Below, in pieces: positions 43,637 to 52,639 of a stretch of DNA of 64,000 nucleotides. The stretch is taken from positions 74,366 to 138,365 of the forward strand of contig CAVXZB010000064.1 in NCBI GenBank assembly GCA_963765895.1. Direction: 5' to 3'. A program made the translations under genes and the position numbers. Each line of letters opens with the position of its first letter. Positions within the stretch are counted from its first letter, which is position 1. The notes beneath the pieces were generated by a model. That model was not told where the DNA came from. It saw nothing but the letters and a program-made list of their open reading frames with translations, and searched no databases. The DNA is from an uncultured Nitrososphaeraceae archaeon. GTDB lineage: Archaea > Thermoproteota > Nitrososphaeria > Nitrososphaerales > Nitrososphaeraceae.

Positions 43637-45445
43637 TTGGCACAACTATTTTTCTTGATGGTTGCCACTTTTTTACCTTTGATTCTGTCACCGGTATCAT
43701 ACTACTTTGGTAGAAAGTATGGAATGAATATAACAGCGTGGTTTTCATTCGCCGTGATAGCAATATCAACGATCATGTTATCTATTCCAGCCATGATGCT
43801 AAACGGAGGTAAGTCTGTATACGCTGAAAGTTATACATGGAGCCAGTTTGGAAATTTTGGCTTGAGATTGGATGGACTCAGTCTGCCATTTGCTATAACC
43901 ATATACATTTTATGCACAGTTCTTGCTCTTTACTCTAAACCATACATGGCACATCGAATCGAGGAGGAAGCTAATGAACGATTCAACACACCTGGTAAAT
44001 TTGGCAATTCCCACTCCGAAACTAGAGAAAAAACAAGTCAAACGGGAAGTGGTCAATCGGGGCGACTGAATATTGAAACAGTCGAACAGAGAACAATTCT
44101 AGCTCAAAGAGAACACTATGTAAATTCCCAGACTGGTCTATATTTTGCACTCTATCTGATGTTTTCAATGGGGATGTTGGGAACAATTTTAGCCACTAAT
44201 CTGATAGAATTTTATGTCTTCTTCGAACTTATGCTTGTCCCATCGTTTTTTCTGGTCGCGTTTTATGGCTACGGAGCAAGACGTAGAATTGCTCTCATGT
44301 TCTTTTTCTGGACTCATACTGGAGCAGTCGTTTTGTTGCTAGGCTTGCTAGCTATGGGATTTTTTGCAGGAGGCTTTGATTATTCTATTGTAAAGGCAAA
44401 TGCATCACGCATCCCAGTTCAGTGGATAACAATAATCATATTTGCGATCGTAATAGGCCTGGGTGTTAAGTTGGCTGCATTCGGGCTTCATATATGGCTG
44501 CCATACGCACATGCAGAAGCGCCAACTCCAATCTCGGCTCTGTTGTCTCCTGCGATGATTGGGATTGGTGCCTACGGCTTACTTCGTCTTTGGATGGACC
44601 TTTTGACTGGAAATTATGCTCAGTATAGCATCTACATCAACATTTGGGGACTAGCTACAATGATTTATGGGGGCGCCATGGCTCTTATGCAGGATGATAT
44701 CAAAAAGGTACTTGCTTATTCTAGCATTAGCCAGATGGGTTATATCCTATTTGGACTAGGATCAGAAAGTATCTTGGGTATTACGGGAGCTACCCTGATG
44801 TATGTCACACATGGTTTGGGAAAAGGAATCTTGTTTATGATGGCTGGATCGATTATCCTCCAGACAGGAACAAGAAGTATGTCCAAGTTAGGAGGACTGG
44901 CTGGAAAGATGCCTTACACCGCAGTAATAGCGATGATCGGTGGACTGACGATCATTGGCATTCCACCGACGAGCGGCTTTATGTCAGAGTGGATTCTATT
45001 TAATGGGGTTCTTCAGACAGGTGTGCATGATATGAACTCGTTCAGAGTAGTCCTTTTTGGATTTGGTATATTGACAACAGTACTTTCTACTGCTTATATT
45101 CTGTGGATGTACAAGCGTATATTTTTTGGAAAACTTCCAGAATACTTGCAACAAGTGAAGGAATCAAACAGGTATGTTACCGTTACAATGGCAGTTTTGG
45201 CTGCAATAACTCTTATTATCGGTGTATATCCTAACCCATTTGTCACACCAATCTCAAGCTATATTCAGGCCATGTTTGCAAATACGCCCCAAGTCCTGCC
45301 GCTACCAGGTCATAGTCATCAATTACCAATACCAATTAATAGGAATGTTAATCCCATATCCGACAGTCACTTGCCTCACAACGTCTATACTGAACATGCT
45401 GCAGACTTGCTTTTCAGTATACATAGATCTGGAGTCCAGAACTAA
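43637..45445 (+). CDS. nuoM: Complex I antiporter-like subunit M
   Basis: LDGLS, FYVFFELMLVP, HIWLPYAHAEAPTP, AYSSISQMG and PPTSGFMSE motifs. Confidence 0.9.
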   Translation: MAQLFFLMVATFLPLILSPVSYYFGRKYGMNITAWFSFAVIAISTIMLSIPAMMLNGGKSVYAESYTWSQFGNFGLRLDGLSLPFAITIYILCTVLALYSKPYMAHRIEEEANERFNTPGKFGNSHSETREKTSQTGSGQSGRLNIETVEQRTILAQREHYVNSQTGLYFALYLMFSMGMLGTILATNLIEFYVFFELMLVPSFFLVAFYGYGARRRIALMFFFWTHTGAVVLLLGLLAMGFFAGGFDYSIVKANASRIPVQWITIIIFAIVIGLGVKLAAFGLHIWLPYAHAEAPTPISALLSPAMIGIGAYGLLRLWMDLLTGNYAQYSIYINIWGLATMIYGGAMALMQDDIKKVLAYSSISQMGYILFGLGSESILGITGATLMYVTHGLGKGILFMMAGSIILQTGTRSMSKLGGLAGKMPYTAVIAMIGGLTIIGIPPTSGFMSEWILFNGVLQTGVHDMNSFRVVLFGFGILTTVLSTAYILWMYKRIFFGKLPEYLQQVKESNRYVTVTMAVLAAITLIIGVYPNPFVTPISSYIQAMFANTPQVLPLPGHSHQLPIPINRNVNPISDSHLPHNVYTEHAADLLFSIHRSGVQN

Positions 45446-45480
45446 AATATGACAGGTTTGGGAGATCGGTTAGAGTAGCA

Positions 45481-47538
45481 ATGAACGAAGTGATTGGATT
45501 TCAGGGATTGGGTGTTAACACATGGCTAGTTTGGATCCTGCCATTTGTAGGGGCTGCTGTTATACCGGCTATATCGCATAGACCTGAACGAATTAAAAAT
45601 TACACAGCCATAGGCTTTGCATTGGCAAGTGCAATTACAGCATCGACACTGTTACCGCTGATAGCTAGTAATAGCGTAGTGGATAGCCAGGTCAGTTGGA
45701 TAAGCGCATTGGGCCTCAAAGCAGGAGTTCTTGCTACTCCACTATCTGTAATAATGACTAACCTCGTAGCATGGATATCTTTTCTCATTATGGTCTACTC
45801 GATGGGCTATATGCATGGAGATAAGGACATGACACGTTTTTGGTTTTTTATGCTCTTTTTCATTGGATCTATGCAGCTGATCGTTCTATCCGACAACCTT
45901 CTGATGATGTTCTTTGGATGGGAAGGTGTTGGCCTGGCGTCCTACGCTCTGATTGGATTTTGGCATGCCGACAGAAAGAAAGACTATGTCGGCAGGGAAG
46001 GGCATTTTGCAGGAGGCATTGCAATGTGGGCATCTCCTACACACGCTGGAATGAAGGCTTTTCTCATGACAAGGGCCGGGGATACCATGATGCTCGCAGG
46101 AATGTTTTTGATATTTATTTATTCTGGCACGTTTGGATTTAAAGAACTAGCCCAGAATCAAGGATGGTCTATTCAAATGGCTCATCAAAACCTGTTGGTG
46201 CCAGCAGCTGTCCTGCTCTTTGGAGGAGCAATTGGAAAATCAGCTCAATTTCCATTAAATGAATGGCTCTTGGAGGCTATGACCGGCCCCACTCCAGTAT
46301 CTGCACTTATTCATGCAGCAACTATGGTAAAGGCAGGTGTTTTCTTGGTAGCACAGGTTGGGCCCCTTTTCTTTGCATTAGCTGCGTTTGGAGTTACCCA
46401 ATTTTTTGAGGTCGTAGCTTGGGTTGGGGCAATTACAGCATTTTTACTAGCCACCCAGGCCCTGGTAAATCCAGAAATCAAAAAGGTCCTTGCCTATTCT
46501 ACCGGCTCTCAAATAGGATATATGATGATGGCCCTAGGAATCGCTGGTCTTTCAACCAATTTCGTTGAGGGTTACACGGCAGGGTTCTTTCAGCTTATAA
46601 GTCACGCCCTGTTTAAGGCCTCTCTTTTCATGGGCGCAGGGGCTCTCTTGCATACTGTGGGATCCAGATACATGACAGATATGGGTGGAATGCGCAAATA
46701 TATGAAGAAGACATACATTTTCATGCTCTTAGCAGCACTATCGCTTGCAGCTGCGCCACTGGTGACCTCTGGCTTTTGGAGTAAAGACGCGATATTTGCC
46801 GCTGTCCTTGAGTCTGGATACGTCTATGCAACACCTCTTTTCGCAATAGCTGTCATAGTAGCTATAATGACTGCCTTTTACACATTTAGGATGGTAGGAA
46901 TGGCCTTTTTTGGCGAGGAGAGCAAACATGTAAAGAACTTGAAGGAGACTGGGCACCATATCCACGAGGTGGGTAAGGTTATGTGGCTTCCATTTGCCAT
47001 CTTGGCAGTTGCAACCATCGCTGTGGGACTAATTGGTCCTCTCTTTGAAGCTCAATTGCATCACACATTTGCAGAATATCTTTCAGGCTCATTTGGAATA
47101 AAAGAAACTGCAAATACTGAAAATACGAGTAAAGCAGCGGAAACGTTTATGGGCATCAACCCTACGGCTGGAGCGGCATCGGTTGGAGCTTTTGCAATAG
47201 GTGGCGGCTTGGGATACGTTTTCTATATTGGAAGACACGTAAATCCGAAAATCATATCGGCATCTGTAATTACAAGGGGCATCTGGAGGTTCTTGTACAA
47301 CAGATGGTATCTTAATACTGCACTGTACTGGGGTGGAGTAATTGGCCCGATATTTATCTATCGGGTAGTGTGGAGATATTTTGAAAGCATAGTAATTGAA
47401 GGAATTAATCCAGCATTTCAGTATTCCATGACATCATTTTCTAAAATTGTAAAGACAGCTCAAACTGGGATTACACAGACTTATTTGTTCGTATTTGGAG
47501 TGGGTATCATGATTATAGTCATGTTACTCTTCATTTGA
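45481..47538 (+). CDS. nuoL: Complex I antiporter-like subunit L
   Basis: GWEGVGL, GKSAQFPL..WL..AM.GPTPVSALIHAATMV, HALFKA and GFWSKD motifs. Confidence 0.93.
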   Translation: MNEVIGFQGLGVNTWLVWILPFVGAAVIPAISHRPERIKNYTAIGFALASAITASTLLPLIASNSVVDSQVSWISALGLKAGVLATPLSVIMTNLVAWISFLIMVYSMGYMHGDKDMTRFWFFMLFFIGSMQLIVLSDNLLMMFFGWEGVGLASYALIGFWHADRKKDYVGREGHFAGGIAMWASPTHAGMKAFLMTRAGDTMMLAGMFLIFIYSGTFGFKELAQNQGWSIQMAHQNLLVPAAVLLFGGAIGKSAQFPLNEWLLEAMTGPTPVSALIHAATMVKAGVFLVAQVGPLFFALAAFGVTQFFEVVAWVGAITAFLLATQALVNPEIKKVLAYSTGSQIGYMMMALGIAGLSTNFVEGYTAGFFQLISHALFKASLFMGAGALLHTVGSRYMTDMGGMRKYMKKTYIFMLLAALSLAAAPLVTSGFWSKDAIFAAVLESGYVYATPLFAIAVIVAIMTAFYTFRMVGMAFFGEESKHVKNLKETGHHIHEVGKVMWLPFAILAVATIAVGLIGPLFEAQLHHTFAEYLSGSFGIKETANTENTSKAAETFMGINPTAGAASVGAFAIGGGLGYVFYIGRHVNPKIISASVITRGIWRFLYNRWYLNTALYWGGVIGPIFIYRVVWRYFESIVIEGINPAFQYSMTSFSKIVKTAQTGITQTYLFVFGVGIMIIVMLLFI

Positions 47539-47552
47539 GGTGATATTGAAAG

Positions 47553-49129
47553 ATGGCTGAAGGTCTAGTAATATCAACCCCGCTCATTCTTACAGTAGTA
47601 TTGGGAGTTGTGGGACTTGCTATACCGGTAATAGATGGGCTACGGAAAGAAAGAGGTACTAGTAACAAGCTATACAGTGCAATTTCTGTTGGTACTCTTA
47701 TTTTTGCAATAGGATTTGTGATCGCTAGGGTATTATCAGGGGAAGTGATGCCAGCGATGGCCTTTGGCCCTGGTGTACTTTCTAATGATGTATTTGGGTC
47801 GTTTTTTGCTGTCGCATTCTTAATTGTCTCTATAATGGTAACAGCTTCCTCATGGAACTACATGAAGGGAAGAACAAATCCTGCTGCCTACTATTCACTA
47901 ATTCTTTTGTCTACTATAGGCATGGTGCTCATTGCATACTCTACTGACCTAGTCATGTTACTTGTATCTTGGGAATTGATGTCACTACCAACTTATGCAC
48001 TCGCGGCGTTCTCAAAAAGAGACCCAATTTCGAACGAAGCTCGCTATCAAGTACTTTATGTTCGGTGCGCTGTCATCAGCCATACTTGTAATCGCTATAG
48101 GTCTCGTGTATGGAATCACAGGAACTACAAATATTGCTCAATCGATCCAGGCGATGGCTCATCTCCAAAAAGACTTGATACCGGTTGGTTTATTGGCAGT
48201 AGCGCTCTTCATAGCCGGTTTTGGTTTCAAGATGGGACTGGTCCCGTTTCATATGTGGCTCCCAGATGCTTACGAAGGTTCCCCTACGACTATAGGTGCG
48301 CTATTGGCAGCTGGAACCAAGAAAGCAGGCTTTGCTGCCGCAATCCGAGTCATTGTGCTGGGAATGTTTGTACTAAATCCAGATTGGACTCTTGTTTTAG
48401 CTGTAGTAGCCGTATTTACCATGACACTTGGTAACCTAGGTGCACTGGTCCAGAGAAGCGTTCCTAGAATTCTGGCTTATTCGAGCATTGCCCAGGCCGG
48501 CTATATCTTGATTGGGCTTGCAATTACACCATATTCCGATCAGGCATTGCCTGGTTCACTATTTCAGATATTAAATCATGCAGTGATGAAGTCAGCCGGC
48601 TTTATAGCAGCTGCTCGCAGTCGCCACTGCGTTGGCCAGTTACAGTCTGGAAAAATACAGAGGACTTGGTCGTCGCATGCCTATAACGGCCATAGCATTC
48701 TCCATCTCATTGTTGGCACTTGCTGGAATACCCCCGTTAAACGGCTTCTGGGGAAAACTGGTGATCTTTGGCGCGGCTATTAATAGCGGTTCGGAGGTTC
48801 CATGGGGTCCGTACTTGGCAATAGCCGGTGTCCTTAATAGTGCTCTGTCTTTGGGTTACTATGCTTGGATTATGAGAAAAATGTACATGGAAGAAGGACC
48901 TGATATGACTAGGGTCAAAGAACCCAGAGCTACGACTGCTGTATTAATTTTCGCCATTGTGTTTATGGTTGGTTTTGGAGTCTGGCACGCACCGATACTT
49001 GAGTTTGCCTCAAAGGCTGTACCTACGTTTAGCAACACATTCAACATCGGCGTGTCAAAGCCGATACCAGTAATTACCACTCATGGTATCGATAATAATC
49101 CCAATCAATCGATTACTCCTTTGAACTAG
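47553..49129 (+). CDS. nuoN: Complex I antiporter-like subunit N; frameshifts near 48042 and 48615
   Basis: WELMSLP, EA(A)IKYF, FKMGLVPFHMWLPDAYEG, AYSSIAQAG and GIPPLNGF.GK across three frames. Confidence 0.9.
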
Positions 49130-49205
49130 AACTATAGTAGTATAATAGAAGCAGAATCTGAGGATTTATGTCTACCCAATAAACTGAGCTAAGCGAGTTA
49201 TGAAA

Positions 49206-50078
49206 TTATATCTGAATTGCAGCCAAATCAGTTAGATGTTCCAGATGATTTTTGGTAATACTATTTTTAATTCTTCGAAGCTCATGTTTTGCTTTCATGG
49301 AATAGGCCAAGTAAATATTTTCCATACTTTTAACGAATTCCATAGAGCGTTCATTTTTCTTCACTAATAGATTAAAAAGCTTGTCTTCGTTGTTCCAATC
49401 TATCAAATCGTCATGTATTTGATACGCTATTCCCAGCAGATTTCCAAATGATGCAAGTGCATGAATCTCATCCTCACATCCATTACCCATGATGGCTCCA
49501 ATTTTTGCTGATGCCTCGAACAAAGAAGCAGTTTTGTATTCGAGGACTTTAATGTAATCATCGACGTCAATTTCAGATTGTTTGCTGAGTTTTATTTCGA
49601 TCATTTCACCTTCGCTCATTTTGATAGCCGCATTGGAAAGTTCACTGGAAACCCGGGAATTATTAATCTTGGATCCTAAATTAAGGATTATACCCAAAAC
49701 GAAATCAGCAGTAAGTATGCTACTATTGTATCCGTATTTAACATGAAAAGAAGGCTTACCTCGTCTATTATTCTGTTCATCTATAATATCGTCGTGTATC
49801 ACAGATTCCGTGTGCAAAAGTTCGATGGCTGATGCTGCCAAAAATGTAGGCTCGCCAATTTTCATAGCAGAATCCATCTCGCTGTTTCTAACTGATTCAG
49901 AAGAGAGAATCAAAATCAGTGGTCTTATCCTCTTTCCACCATCGCATGCATATTGTAAAGGTGCATAAAATTCCGACCAAGTATAAAGATCGATCTCCCT
50001 TTCCAATGCACCATCAATCTTAGACAAATAGTCACTAAAGAGCTCAATCAATGGATTTGTACTTGGATTTCCTTTCAA
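49206..50078 (-). CDS. Polyprenyl diphosphate synthase (second paralog)
   Basis: GGKRIRP, HDDIID...RRG, KTASLF and YQIHDDLID motifs. Confidence 0.88.
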   Translation of the reverse strand: MKGNPSTNPLIELFSDYLSKIDGALEREIDLYTWSEFYAPLQYACDGGKRIRPLILILSSESVRNSEMDSAMKIGEPTFLAASAIELLHTESVIHDDIIDEQNNRRGKPSFHVKYGYNSSILTADFVLGIILNLGSKINNSRVSSELSNAAIKMSEGEMIEIKLSKQSEIDVDDYIKVLEYKTASLFEASAKIGAIMGNGCEDEIHALASFGNLLGIAYQIHDDLIDWNNEDKLFNLLVKKNERSMEFVKSMENIYLAYSMKAKHELRRIKNSITKNHLEHLTDLAAIQI

Positions 50079-50180
50079 AGACCTGTTCTTTCCTGCCTTA
50101 TGCTATGTTGAAATGTTGAGGTTATTAATGGTTTACGATAGATTTACAGGAAATAGCTTTAGATGTAGATGTATGGGAAT

Positions 50181-50303
50181 TGCTCCGGCCGGGATTTGAA
50201 CCCGGGATCTGCGACTCGAAAGGCCACAATGCTTGACCGAATTGTGCAACTAGTAGTCGTCAATTAATTCATGAAGACACACTTTCTTCTACACCACCGG
50301 AGC
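50181..50303 (-). tRNA. tRNA-Glu(TTC) with an intron of about 47 nt in the D-loop
   Basis: Reverse complement: GCTCCGG acceptor/CCGGAGC-A, GTGGC-CT TTC GA-GTCGC anticodon arm, CCGGG-TTCAAAT-CCCGG; the extra sequence (about 50242-50288) lies between GTGTAG and TTCGGTCAAGCAT. Confidence 0.88.
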
Positions 50304-50415
50304 TCCTTCCACAAGTAAAATAAATTCACATAAATTCGTTTCTTAAGTTGTATCTCCAAGATAACATTTATTCATGCGAAAACATTTTTTTATGGGTAGC
50401 ACCTGAATTGGTTCT

Positions 50416-51108
50416 ATGCAAGACAATTCCATGCTAAGAATAGATCAGGAGATAGAAAGGCAAAGCTTGCTAAGGCACCCGTTTTATCAACTTTGGTCTA
50501 AAGGAGATCTTAGCATTAATCATCTTCAGGGCTACTCAAAGGAATATTTTCAATTAGTAAAATCGATTCCTCTATTTGTGAGAAATATCATTTCAAATTC
50601 ATCTGTCTCAGCTCTGCCATACTTTGCCGACATGTCATTTACCAAAGTGCTAAATAAAAGCATGCAAGAAGAATCCGACCATATTGCACCCTGGGTAGAT
50701 TTTGCCACCTCCATAGGTGTACAAAAAAAAGAGTTGTTAGACTACCAAGGTGGTGAAAAGACTAACAAAGCTATCGAGGATATGAGAAGCTTGACTGAAA
50801 AGTCAGTCATACGAGGTGCAGCAGCGATGTACGCTTATGAAAAGGAGCTACCAAAGATTAGTAATACCAAGATCGAAGGTCTTCAAAACTTCTATAGCTT
50901 AACAGATAAAAGATGCCTAAATTACTTTGAAATTCATCAGGAAATAGATATTAAACATGCTGCTATATGGCGCGATGCATTAGAGTCTATTGATTCGAAT
51001 GGAGAGAAAGAGGAGGCTTTTGCTGCGTCCAACTCGTCGTTGAAATGTTTGAATACTATACTAGATGATGTACATGAAAAGTACGTTGGTAAGATTCCAA
51101 ATTGTTAA
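50416..51108 (+). CDS. CADD/PqqC/TenA-like heme-oxygenase-fold dimetal protein (putative pABA synthase)
   Basis: LLRHPFYQLW, EESDH, YAYE..LP.IS..KIEGL and YFEIHQEIDIKH metal-ligand motifs. Confidence 0.8.
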   Translation: MQDNSMLRIDQEIERQSLLRHPFYQLWSKGDLSINHLQGYSKEYFQLVKSIPLFVRNIISNSSVSALPYFADMSFTKVLNKSMQEESDHIAPWVDFATSIGVQKKELLDYQGGEKTNKAIEDMRSLTEKSVIRGAAAMYAYEKELPKISNTKIEGLQNFYSLTDKRCLNYFEIHQEIDIKHAAIWRDALESIDSNGEKEEAFAASNSSLKCLNTILDDVHEKYVGKIPNC

Positions 51109-51127
51109 CTTACGACCCATTGTTAAC

Positions 51128-51138
51128 CCTTTTATATG
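51128..51138 (+). promoter_or_regulatory. Putative archaeal TATA box for tRNA-Ile2
   Basis: TTTTATAT about 30 nt upstream of the mature tRNA 5' end. Confidence 0.45.
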
Positions 51139-51164
51139 CTCATAATCATGAAATTTGTGTCGGA

Positions 51165-51241
51165 GGGCCCATAGCTCAGCCTGGAAGAGCGACCGGCTCA
51201 TAACCGGTCGGCCAGGGGTTCAAACCCCCTTGGGCCCACCA
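51165..51241 (+). tRNA. tRNA-Ile2(CAT), CCA encoded; probable integration target
   Basis: GGGCCCA/TGGGCCC-A-CCA acceptor typical of archaeal Ile tRNAs; ACCGG-CT CAT AA-CCGGT arm; lacks initiator features. Confidence 0.88.
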
Positions 51242-51334
51242 TAAAGTTGTTTCAAAGTTCTAAATTAGAAAAAGCTATAGCTAAGTTCGTTACTACAACT
51301 ATGCTAATGCATACATCATTTAGAGGAATCATAA

Positions 51335-52537
51335 ATGTTTAGAAGTAAGGTATTTGAGCCAATGCTAACAGGTTTTTCTTATCGTATATTTATAGAAGGT
51401 CTAAAATCTGCTGTAACCAAAGCCGCATATACTTTTGCGCTTCAAAAGTACATGAAATATCTAAAAGTAGATAATCCTGATGATTTGTTAAAATATCAAG
51501 ATAATCCCAAATTCATCCAAAATCAGATAATTGAGTATTTGATATACTTGAAAAATCCGCCCAGCTCATTAAGATATGCAACAAGAAGTCAATATTTGGC
51601 AGCAATTATGACATTTTATGAACTGAACGAAGTCATATTAAACAAGAAAAGGATTTACAGATACCTTGGTGAAGAGGAAAAACCAATTGCGAATAGAGCC
51701 TATACAATCGAAGAAATAGCAAGAATGTTGGAAGTATGCGATGAAAGGGTCAAAGCGCTAATTTTATTTTTGGCATCAACAGGAGTTAGAATAAGAGCAA
51801 TTGTTGATCTAAAACTAGAAGATTTGACAAGCATCCCTAATTTTGACCTATATCAAGTAAAAGTATATTCTGACTCAAAGCAAAGTTACTTTACTTTTAC
51901 TACTCCAGAAGCGTCTAAAGCCGTGAACACATATCTAAGCTACAGGGAAAGATGTGGTGAAAAATTAATACCTAAATCACCACTTTTTAGAGATCAATTT
52001 GATAGAAACGATCCTGATTCTATTCATAATGTTAAGCCACTAAAGTTAAGAGCAGTGGAAAGGTTGATCTCAAGAACAATAGAGAAATCAGGACTTAGAA
52101 CAGTAGAACGACAGACTGAATTACATAATGAGCATGGGAAAGTCAGAAAGAATGTCAGACTCACCACCGGATTTAGAAAATTTTTTGATACCCAACTGAT
52201 ATTTGCAGATTTAAGGCCGGCAATTAAAGAAATGTTTATGGGTCATAGTATAGGCTTAGACAATAATTACTTTAAGCCGACTGAAAATGATGTATTAGAG
52301 GAATATCTTACAGCTGTTAACTACCTGACAATAAATGAAGAAGGTAGGTTAAAGAAGAAGGTCAAAGAACTGACAAGGAAACAAGATGAAATTGAAATCA
52401 TGAAACAGAGACATGAAGAAGAGATTAAGGATATACGTGAACAGATGAATAAACAGTTTGGTCATATTATGTCAATGATACAACACAATCCCAAATTGGC
52501 GCATGTTAAGCCAGAGGCATTAGTAAAGAATATTTGA
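51335..52537 (+). CDS. Tyrosine recombinase/integrase with C-terminal coiled coil
   Basis: ASTGVRI (R), SKQ (K), TGFRKFF (HxxR equivalent), MGHS (H) and NYFKP (Y). Confidence 0.9.
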   Translation: MFRSKVFEPMLTGFSYRIFIEGLKSAVTKAAYTFALQKYMKYLKVDNPDDLLKYQDNPKFIQNQIIEYLIYLKNPPSSLRYATRSQYLAAIMTFYELNEVILNKKRIYRYLGEEEKPIANRAYTIEEIARMLEVCDERVKALILFLASTGVRIRAIVDLKLEDLTSIPNFDLYQVKVYSDSKQSYFTFTTPEASKAVNTYLSYRERCGEKLIPKSPLFRDQFDRNDPDSIHNVKPLKLRAVERLISRTIEKSGLRTVERQTELHNEHGKVRKNVRLTTGFRKFFDTQLIFADLRPAIKEMFMGHSIGLDNNYFKPTENDVLEEYLTAVNYLTINEEGRLKKKVKELTRKQDEIEIMKQRHEEEIKDIREQMNKQFGHIMSMIQHNPKLAHVKPEALVKNI

Positions 52538-52639
52538 TCTAGTTTGAGTGCATGTAATCTATATAACAGTAAAATCCGGTATTTTCATTATTTTCTTCCT
52601 GCCTCTAGGAGATGAGGATTTATCCCTAGAGTGATTTTT

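Noticed and set aside
1003-49080. Numerous short antisense or overlapping ORFs in the track (e.g. 23141-23707, 33018-33518, 41166-41678)
   Set aside because: They are shadows of well-supported genes on the opposite strand or in another frame.
7005-49129. Programmed ribosomal frameshifting or mass pseudogenisation of core genes
   Set aside because: The breaks share no slippery motif and hit essential genes at scattered positions. Indel error is more parsimonious.
2280-51108. A dispersed PQQ or RiPP pathway (PqqD-like, PqqC-like, TldD/PmbA, radical SAM)
   Set aside because: The genes are tens of kb apart among housekeeping genes, and each has a better separate explanation. No pqqA/B/E seen.
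51165-51241. tRNA-Met call from the CAT anticodon
   Set aside because: The GGGCCC acceptor matches archaeal Ile tRNAs, and initiator features are absent. Ile2 is preferred, though not proven.
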